64,000 bases of DNA from Chrysomallon squamiferum (Eukaryota; Animalia; Mollusca): the NCBI GenBank assembly GCA_012295275.1, contig CM022677.1, positions 25,916,001 through 25,980,000 of the forward strand, written 5' to 3'. The position numbers and the translations under genes were made by a program. The notes beneath the pieces are model-generated. The model was not told where the DNA came from. It made no database searches and saw nothing but the letters and a program-made list of their open reading frames with translations. Every line of letters starts with the position of its first letter. The stretch's first letter is position 1. Below are positions 17,075 through 64,000 of the stretch, one piece after another.

Positions 17075-18097
17075 AAATAAATGTGTAATCTTTTAAGACC
17101 TTCCGTGAAAATAATCCCGCAGAGAATATTGCAAATTGGAAATAAAAAAAATAAATTGTTAAGTTATTGTTTTGGCTGGGGTTTTGTTGGTGTTTGTTTT
17201 GTTGTTTTATTTTATTTAATTTTTTTAATTATTATTATTATTATTATTTTTTTTTTTTTTTTTTGTTGTTGTTGGGTCTTGAGGTAGGTTGTTGTATTTT
17301 TGTTTTCGTTTTAAAGATTGCGCTAAAAAAGTCGCACGTTTAATGAGCGATATTTCTTGGATGAGGGTTTTCTGAAAATGTGCAAACTGGGATATTTTAA
17401 AAGATAGCGTCTTCAAATATTTGAACAGCGTCGTCTCCCCCCCATCCGCCTTAATCCCAGCCTCGGCCACATTAACTTTACCATACCCCTAGTTCCTACA
17501 ACTCACTTCCCCTAGGGCGTCCAAGTAAATTTTCAGTTTTCTTAATTTATTTAAATCAGAGCGCATCTGTAAGAAACATCAGTCGGAGTTGGTAACAACA
17601 TTATAACAACGTTGACGACGTCTGCAGCACTTTTGTCTCATGTCTTGACACAGACTACGTTCCCATGGTCACCAAATGACAACGTCAAAATCTGTTTCTA
17701 TCATTTTATAATCACGTCCACCATCATTATTTTTATGATTATAGGTATTATTAAAGTATTAGTTGTAGAGTAGGCCTATAAACCAGCCGCATTAATTAAT
17801 GCCTCTAATGAGCTCAGAAAACATTGGAACTAGTTTATTTCTTACCTTGGATGAGAGGAATTGTTTTCAGTCAGTTGATCATTCTTGTGACATGGAAGAC
17901 CTCAGATGTGTTTTTATTAATTTGTGTGCGTGTTTGATTTTGCGGTAGAAGATTTCTACAAATGTTCCTCAAGCCTCTTGACAAATATTCTACAGGCACA
18001 GCTGAAATACGTCACATTTTTTATATTTTTTATAACATAATCTACAGTTACTGATTTATTGTTAACATAATTTACGGTTATAGTTTATTGTTAACAA

Positions 18098-18160
<63 letters not shown>

Positions 18161-18348
18161 AAACGAACAAAACCAAAAAAAAAAAAAACAATTAAAAAAT
18201 GAAAAGAACGTAATTTTGATTTCTCTCTGACTGAATTGCCCAGCGTGAAACTGACGCCCCCTCCATTACTCCCCCCCTTTTTCACGTCACTGCTTATTGC
18301 ACAAAGTCAACGAACATTTCATACATCCCTCTATCACTGAAATATACT

Positions 18349-18394
<46 letters not shown>

Positions 18395-18857
18395 TACACA
18401 CACAAACTCACATATAAACATACATACATACAATACACACATATATATATAACATGATGAAAATAGAAATGAACTAAAATTTCGTTGAACTATTTACTCT
18501 TTTTTATTTATTTATTTATTTATTTATTTATTATTATTTTGTTTTAACTTATAAACTAAACGAAGGTAAACAATCTACATGACGTGAGAGGGAGTGACGA
18601 GTTTTGGACAGGAGCAGTTTGGCAGACGACAGGAAGATGTAGAAACAACATGCGGAGTTATCGCCCTTCGACAGACACTGCATTTGTGTGTGCATTGTGT
18701 GTGTATGTATATAGTTCTGCATATAGTGTGTGTGTGTGTGTGTGTGTTAATATTTGGGTGTCTCTTTGGTTTTGTTGTACGTATGTGTTTTTTTATGTTT
18801 ATGTGTATATTTGTTTAAATGTACGTTTGTATGTCTGCATATGTTTGTATGTATAAT

Positions 18858-18902
<45 letters not shown>

Positions 18903-19445
18903 ATTTTGTAGTAAAATGTAGTATTTTGGTGTCTGTATTTTAGTATGTATGTGTGTTTGTATATTTATATGTATAGTTGTTTAAATGTACGTCTGTATGT
19001 GTATGTATGAATGACTGTGTGTATGTGTGTTTGTGTGTTTATATATATGTGTGAATGTGTGTGTGTGTATGTGTGTATGTATGTGTATGTATGTCTGTGT
19101 GTGTGTTTGTGTGTACGTGTGTACGTGTGTACGTGTGTACGTGTGTATGTGTGTGTGTGTGTGTACAAGACGGACCTGTGGTTTCTAGTGTTCCGTGTGT
19201 TTTAATATCGGCGACCTCGCTGACTGAACTAAACATTGCCTTTGTCAGCTGTTTTTTTATACAGATTGATCTGACAACGTAAAGAATTAATAAACAGATT
19301 CTAGACACTCTGACTCCACACACAGAATTTTCACATTTTATTTATTTAGTTTTTTAGTTCCTTTCTTGCTTTAACATATTTCCTTATGTGTTGAAGATCT
19401 TAAATATATGTTGTGGCGCCCGAGTTGTCTGTATCTTCAACCGGT

Positions 19446-19494
<49 letters not shown>

Positions 19495-19945
19495 CCCCCT
19501 CCCTCCATCTCTCTGAATGTGGGTGTGTCGGTGTCTTTGTGTGTGTGCTGTTTCTTTTAATCACCTTTTTTAAAAAGTTTTTCTGAATGCTTTCACATAC
19601 ATAATTAATATTCATGGTTTTGTACATACCGTGCATTCAGTGACATTAAAAACAATTTAAAAAAAACACACAACATTTTACTGTTTAATTTAATTATTTG
19701 TCGAAAAGCAATATCGCACAGACGTGATAAATTAGTTGAACTTTGAGATGTTATTATTTTTAAATTTATTTATTTATTTATACATACATGCATTTTGTTT
19801 TCTTGCCAGTACAACTATAGCATTTTTTTCTTCTTCTTTTTTTGTTTAAAATTTAACTTTAGCGAGCAGTGATAAATAAATATATATATTTTTTTAATAA
19901 AACAAATAAATGATTAAAATAATAATGAATAAAAAAAAAAAATAA

Positions 19946-20037
<92 letters not shown>

Positions 20038-20551
20038 TGTACAGTGAATTATAAATATTGTAAACCACCACACAATTTTATATTCATACATATTATTCAT
20101 GTATACATAAATTACACAAATACATACTTACACATTCACCCATACATACACACGCGTGCACACACACACACACAAACACACAGTCACCCACACAGTCACC
20201 CACACACTGTAATACGGTTGTCAACAACGTAACTAGGGTACAAACGAGACATGTACCACAATGGCTAAAAATAGATTGGAATAATACGTACAACTTTTCC
20301 AAAAATTAACAACAAAGACACAAAAAAAAAAAAAAAAAAAAAAAAAATAAAAAATTAATAATAATAATAATGATAATAAATAATAATAAAAAGAAATAAA
20401 ATGAAACAGCGAAAAAAGTAAAATAAAAAAAAAACCAAGAAAGCCCCTCTATCAGTTTTAGCTCATCAAACGAGCGACATTTTTAGCGTGATCTTGAAAA
20501 CGAAAACAAAAATACAACAACCTACCCCAAGACCCAAAAACAAAACAACAA

Positions 20552-20594
<43 letters not shown>

Positions 20595-20739
20595 AAAAAA
20601 ACAACAACAACAAAACAAACACCAACAAAAAAACCCCCACCCAAAACAATAACTTAACAATTTATTTTTTATTTCCAAATTTGCAATATTCTCTGCGGGA
20701 TTATTTTCACGGAAGGTCTAAAAGATTACACATTTATTT
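17075..20739. repeat. ~270-bp inverted repeat pair (17075-17348 and 20461-20739) with a 3.1-kb spacer
   Basis: AAATGTGTAATC..GACCTTCCGTGAAAATAATCCCGCAGAGAATATTGCAAAT...TAATGAGC on the left is the reverse complement of GCTCATC...ATTTGCAATATTCTCTGCGGGATTATTTTCACGGAAGGTC..GATTACACATTT on the right. Confidence 0.95.
17826..18001 (-). other. Candidate non-coding (5' UTR) exon of a downstream minus-strand gene
   Basis: gtatttcag acceptor, AAG|GTAAGA donor, 176 nt, only a 4-codon ATG-stop frame seen. Confidence 0.4.
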
Positions 20740-21123
20740 AAACTAACAGACAGCTAGTGAGTCATAGTTCTGAAATATACGCAGATTACATTAATATACG
20801 TCACTCACAGACTGTGTAACCACTGACAACGGGTAACATTCTATCTCTATAATCTAATAAATGAATTATCTTTTCTGTTTGAAACACGAGGTATTGCATA
20901 CATTTAATAAAAAATTTTTAAAAAAAAAAGCAAGGAAAACGAAAACATATTCCCCCCCCCGTTAAACTTGAATATATTGTTGGCCGAAAACGGTTTTTAT
21001 CATATATCTTCTTTCTTTCTTTTGTCATTCCCCCCCCTTTTTTTTCGTTGTTTGTTGAAAATGGATAAGTTTTTGACATAAAAAAAAAAAAATGTTACTA
21101 ACGTTTGATATTATAAAACTTTG

Positions 21124-21425
21124 TGACGTCAAACTTTATGAATATTTATAGCGACAAGCGTACATAAGTCTTCGTACAAAAAAAAAGAAAGAGAAAGAAA
21201 TATTTTATATCGTAGACCTACATGAGAATTAGTAAACATTTTTTTTTTTTTTTTTGTACATTTTATTACTATTATGTTTTTTTTTTTTGAACTTTTAAAA
21301 CCATATATCATGAATTTACGTTTTAAATAAATCATTTGTAAAATATATGAGATCAAGACATATACGAGATTCAATAAAATTCACCGTAGGTACAACGACA
21401 ACGGTAAAAAAAACCGGTGACGTCA
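21124..21425. promoter_or_regulatory. Two full CRE palindromes TGACGTCA
   Basis: At 21124-21131 and 21418-21425, at the edge of a CpG-retaining region. Confidence 0.5.
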
Positions 21426-21676
21426 ACATGAACATGAGACCTGAAACCTGCATGGTAATCAGGAGATACCCAGGTCCTGTCACGTGGGTGTTTGCTGCTC
21501 TTCACGGTGACCCTCAGTATCATTAGTTAAAGGAGTAAAACCACTTAGAACCAGCGTATATGTTGTCGTAGGAAGTATGACAACTCAGCGCTGTTGTTGT
21601 TGTTGTTACTATTATCACTAATACTACTTCTACTACTGCTGCTACTACTAGTACTACTACTACTACTACTACTACT

Positions 21677-21720
<44 letters not shown>

Positions 21721-22999
21721 ACCACTCTTTTAATATCCAGTCTCCATGAACAGCAAGTCATAATGTTTAATTCAGTTTCTGGGAAGGTAAATAAAATAAA
21801 CTGTTGTTGCTAAGAATTTAATACTTGAAATAAAGATTTTTTCGGATTTCGTTTTCAGAGTATATTCTTTTTCGTTTACCCATGCAGAATCAACACACAC
21901 AGTCATGTTCAGTTCCAGCTAGCAGTAGTTCTCTCAGATCTGATACACTATGTATTTACAGATTATGTTAACAGCCAAACGTGTCAAAGTTCAAATTTGA
22001 AGTTCTGGACACACATGGGATAAAGTGATTCAAGTGAAAATTATAAAATTTTAGTGTTTCTTTGATACCAGACAGGTCATGACCTTTCTTCTTCTTCATC
22101 CAAAAGTCAGACGCTGAATAAATAATAAATATACACCATTTGACTGTTTCATAAGCTCGTATGTTAAAAGTACAGCCTGTTTGAATGTTTAAAATACACA
22201 GGTATGACCGCTGAAATCCAACTTTTTAATTAGAAAAGACAACAAGACCCAGTAAGTATTAAATATACATTATTTATTACATCATCAGATATCTTACATA
22301 TGTCATATGTAACTAAAGGGTATGAAAAAAATATAAAAATGATATGCTTCATGCATTCAGCGATTTATCACAATTCATCTACAATGTCATGATAAGAAAG
22401 CAAACATCGGTCGTCATAGAAACATACAATATGGCAGCTTTAAAAGAAAAAAAAGAAAAAGAAATAGAAAAAGAAATAAATAATAATAATAATAATAAAA
22501 ATAAAAATAAGAAAAAGGAGAAAAATGTCTGACAGTAAATATTTCCCAGGTAAGTAATTCTAAATTTTTATTATTATAAAGTATATTAAATAAAAAAACT
22601 TGTATAATACATGCAATAAGTGTAAAAAAAGCATTTGTAGAATGGAAAAAAAAAATGTATTAATGTTTTGTATAATATTTAATTATAAATAAATGAACAA
22701 AACATATAGGTATGTACGTCTGTGTGTATGTATCTGTAGATGAATATAAATTCTTATTCAGAATTATTTTCTTCTCTATGTTAAGTGTACAGATAATCAA
22801 ATATGGCTTTTTGTATTGACATTTTTAATGGAGGTATTTTAAACTGACACTGGAATACGGTTATAATTATGGATATATTTATGGTTATAATTATGGATAT
22901 ATTTATGGACTTGTGGATATAGTATAGATAACAATACAGATAGTAACTTCCTGTAGCTATGGAGCAGTCAGGAAAGGTAAATAAGTTACAAAGTGAAAT

Positions 23000-23067
23000 A
23001 CACACCCACACACACCCAGACACACCCACACACACAGTGTTTTCCAGCTTTGTCACTTTTGTTTATT
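23000..23067 (-). terminator. Candidate talin polyadenylation signal with GU-rich downstream element (3' UTR about 1.7 kb)
   Basis: AATAAA on minus at 23062-23067, followed about 30 nt later by GTGTGTGTGGGTGTGTCTGGGTGTG. A more distal AATAAA lies at 22273-22278. AATAAA is common in such AT-rich DNA. Confidence 0.45.
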
Positions 23068-23576
23068 AAATCTGTCTTTGTTAACTATTTCTACATTAAC
23101 TGTTAGATGACTACAGTGATTATATTTTAATTAACTAGTTTACAGTTAAAAAATACACACATATATATATATAAAAACATAAAAATGGTTAAAATATAAA
23201 ACTTTATCACATACATTAATTTACCTGCAGGGTTGTGTACTTCAGTGTTTCTTTATGAACTTTAGTTACTACAAAATATTCAGTTAAATAAAAGAAAATT
23301 AGATATATGAGACATCATCTTTGGTTATGAAGTTTGTTTTGTGGATTTTAATATCACCTAGTACAGAAATTAGTCTGTTGTTCTGAAAGATTCAGCTAAC
23401 AAACAGTGGTAGCAAATTTGTGACTGGAAAAGAAATAAAAATATCAAGTCTAACTGATAAATATTTTAAAAGTTTTTGTTTTGAATAACATCACAGAGAC
23501 AATTTTAAAACTTTGTTTACAATGATTAATTTTCTGTCACTGGATTTTTGATACAAAATTATTGTATAATGGACAC

Positions 23577-23619
<43 letters not shown>

Positions 23620-24473
23620 TGAATACAAATGATGTAACTGGTAAAAAGAACATCAAGGTTGTACATCAGTCAAAAGAAGCTGTCTATCAATCTACTGCCT
23701 ATTTGACGACTGACTACAGTTTTATATGTTTACATATATTTTTATATTTATATTTATATTTTATGTTTATATTTTATGTTTATATATATTTTATATTTTC
23801 ACAGAAATTCTAAGCTGAACTGCTAGCACCGTGGCCTGTGTCTTGCACAATTCTTTCTGAGAATCGCACTCAACAGCAAATTTAGGCAAATTAGAGATGC
23901 ACTAACGAAACAACAGCAATGCAAAAAAATAAAAATAATTAAAAGAGGAAAAAAAAAGAGGAAAGTTATTTGTATGTGTGAATATATATATATAAATTAA
24001 AACATCAACATCAACATCAACACTCATTCTCCTCAAAAAGAAGAAAAAAATAAAAATAAAATAAAAAATAAAAAAATGAATAAATAAAATAAAAAATAAT
24101 TGTAATAATGTTATGAAAATAATTGTTTTCCAGTTTTCTTCATCAGGCTGACTGGTCCATTGAGAATCAAAAACTTGCAGCAATAGCCGAGTGTCTTTCT
24201 ACAACTAACAGTTTAATTCAGTAACAATTATCCTAGTAAACCATCTTTAAAAAAAAATATAGCAAATTGTCTCTCTCCTTTCAATGTCTTTCTCTAACTA
24301 ACAGTTTAATTCAGTAACAATTATCCTATTAAATCATCTTTAAAAAAAAAGTAAAGAAAATAGAGGAAATTGTCTCTCTCCTTTCAGTGGCAAATGTGCA
24401 GAAAAAACCACAAAATCAACGAAAATAATTAAAACTGCACACACAGAGAAAGATCGCAAAAAAGAAGAAGACG

Positions 24474-24521
<48 letters not shown>

Positions 24522-24746
24522 GAGATAATTACAAAAAAGAAGATAATAATTACAGAAAACAAAATAATAATTACAAAAAAGAAGATAATAATTACAGAAA
24601 AGAAGATAATAATTACAGAAAAGAAGATAATAATTACAAAACAAACTATAAATACACGGATGCACGCAAATGACAAAACAACTAATAAACACCGACGCTG
24701 TAATCTAGTCTGTGCAGACTTTGTGATGGTGCAAGGAGGAGCCAGA

Positions 24747-61983
<37,237 letters not shown>

Positions 61984-61999
61984 CTGAAACACAGCAGAC

Positions 62000-62610
62000 A
62001 TAGCTTTAGTCTTAACTATACCACTGTATGAAACATAGCTTTAGTCTTAAATATACCACTGTATGAAATATAACTTTAGTCTTAATTATACCATGTGTAT
62101 GAAATATAGCTTTAGTCTTAATTACACAGTCTTAAATATACCATTTGTATGACATAGTCTTAAATATACCATTTGTAGGAAATATAGATTTAGTCTTAAT
62201 TATACCATTGTATGATATACAGTCTTAAATATATCATTTGTATGAAATATAGCTTTAGACTTAATTATACCATTGTATGACATAGTCTTAAACATACCAT
62301 TTGTATGACATAGTCTTAAATATACCATTTGTAGGAAATATAGCTTTAGTCTTAATTATACCATTTGTAGGAAATATAGCTTTAGTCTTAGATGTAACAT
62401 TTATGTGAAATACAGCTTTAGTCTCAAATATACCATATATAGGAAATACAGATTTATTCTTAAACACAACATTTTGTGAAATAAAGTTTTATTCTTAAAT
62501 AGACCATTTGTAGGAAATATAGCTTTAGTCTTAAACATAACATTTGTGTGAAATACAGCTTCAATCTTAAATATACCATTTATAGGAAATATAGCTTTAG
62601 TCTTAAATAG
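62000..62610. repeat. ~35-36-bp minisatellite ATAGCTTTAGTCTTAAATATACCATTTGTATGAAAT abutting an acceptor
   Basis: Visible period with deletion variants. Confidence 0.95.
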
Positions 62611-64000
62611 ATCTATACATACATAGATACATACATACACACACACACACACACATACTTACATACACATACATACATATACAGACTAGATGTAGGTTAC
62701 TAAATCTAATACTTGTATCTCTGTAAATACAAAACACAGCAAGAAGAAAGGTGAGGGGTTTGATATACAAGTTTGTTAATACCTGGCTCAGTGTTTCACT
62801 CAAATAATTCATCCTGAATTTTAACACACAAATATATGTACAGTACTGTTTAATATTCATTTTTTCTAACTTGTATTAATATTTTTGTAATCTTAATTGT
62901 CTGTCACCTGTATAAACAATTAAAGAAATCATCATTTTTTCTAATCTGTCATTCATTTTTAAATAAACAATTTAAAATATGTTAAACAAATACATACACT
63001 ATTGTTTTTTTAATATTCATTTGTAACTCAATTATCTGTCACCTGTGTGATGTGAATTTTAATATTATGTTAATTAGTTTAGTATTATTGTTGATATAGA
63101 ATAATAATGTGTTTATTATTTTCTGTACACTAGTAATTGGGTTAATTAGATAATCACAAAATGTAATAGTTTATATAATTTATTGTTATATGTTAGTAAC
63201 ATACAGTGGTGTGATATTAAAAATATTTTATATATAGTATTTCATATAATGATCAAATTATTTACATGTTAACTTTAATAGTAATCACAAAATAAAAAAA
63301 AAAAAAAATAATAATAATCATTATCATCAACATCATCACAAAATTTGACCTCAGAAAATTTGACAAAATTGTGCATTTAGATATAAAAAATACAAAAAAT
63401 ATGAAGTAGTGTTTCAAGTCTTGGTACATCCGACATTTCACAAAGCAAAAACAAAAGAAAAAATATTACATCATTTATAAAGCCATGTTCTACTGAAATA
63501 CATTTACAAAACATAACTATAAATAAATAAATAAATATATAATGAAAAAGGCAAAAAAAAAATTAAAGTTTTTAACAAACTATATATTAAAAAATTAATG
63601 AAAAAACCCACAGAAAATAAAATAATAATAAAAAAAAAAACAACAATAACAATGATAAACATTTTTTTTTAAAAAGCTATAAAAAAAATAAAAAAAAAAA
63701 AATAAAATGGTAGAGTTGATGTGACATGACAGAAAAAATAAAAAAATAAAAAATAAAAATATAAAATGGTAGAGTTGATGTGACACATGACAGAAAAAAT
63801 AAAAATGAAAATGAAACCAACACCTGGCCACACCCTACTGTGCCCTGCGGTGGATGGCTTTGTACTGTGTACATCACAGACTCTGTTTTAACTCGGAGTT
63901 TTGTCCTCACTTACTGACTGAGAGTCACAGAGGAAGTTAAACTCTAGAGTCACAATTTGTCTTTTGTCATACTAAAAACAGACATTCCTCAATGACCCCC

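Noticed and set aside
62783-63864. Possible small exons at 62783-62813 (31 nt) and 63824-63864 (41 nt) upstream of the first traced exon
   Set aside because: Neither resembles talin, both contain stops in phase 0, and the 63824 donor (GTGTTG) is weak. The true upstream exon is probably outside the window.

Overview
AT-rich animal genomic DNA dense in microsatellites and minisatellites, probably a spiralian such as a mollusc (inferred from composition and talin sequence, not proven). The main feature is the 3' part of a talin gene on the minus strand. I traced 23 canonical GT-AG exons from 61983 down to the TGA at 24747-24749. They splice in consistent phase to 3156 nt (1051 aa plus stop), covering rod domains R8/R7 to R13 (I/LWEQ-THATCH actin-binding) and the dimerisation helix. 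The 5' part of the gene lies beyond the right edge. Positions 1-22 kb contain no recognisable coding homology. They do hold a CpG- and CRE-rich promoter-like zone (about 16-21.6 kb), a 270-bp inverted repeat, and a few candidate 5' exons of a further minus-strand gene. Four observations stand out. (1) Three frame-preserving candidate microexons (15, 30 and 36 nt) lie in the R12-R13 linker intron. (2) A 6.1-kb satellite in the last intron has a 23-bp unit copied from the exon/donor junction. (3) Tandem duplications containing splice sites recur along the gene, one folding back over its own donor. (4) An intronic island carries CTCF and X-box motifs. No prokaryotic-type system, RNA gene or autonomous transposon ORF is visible.
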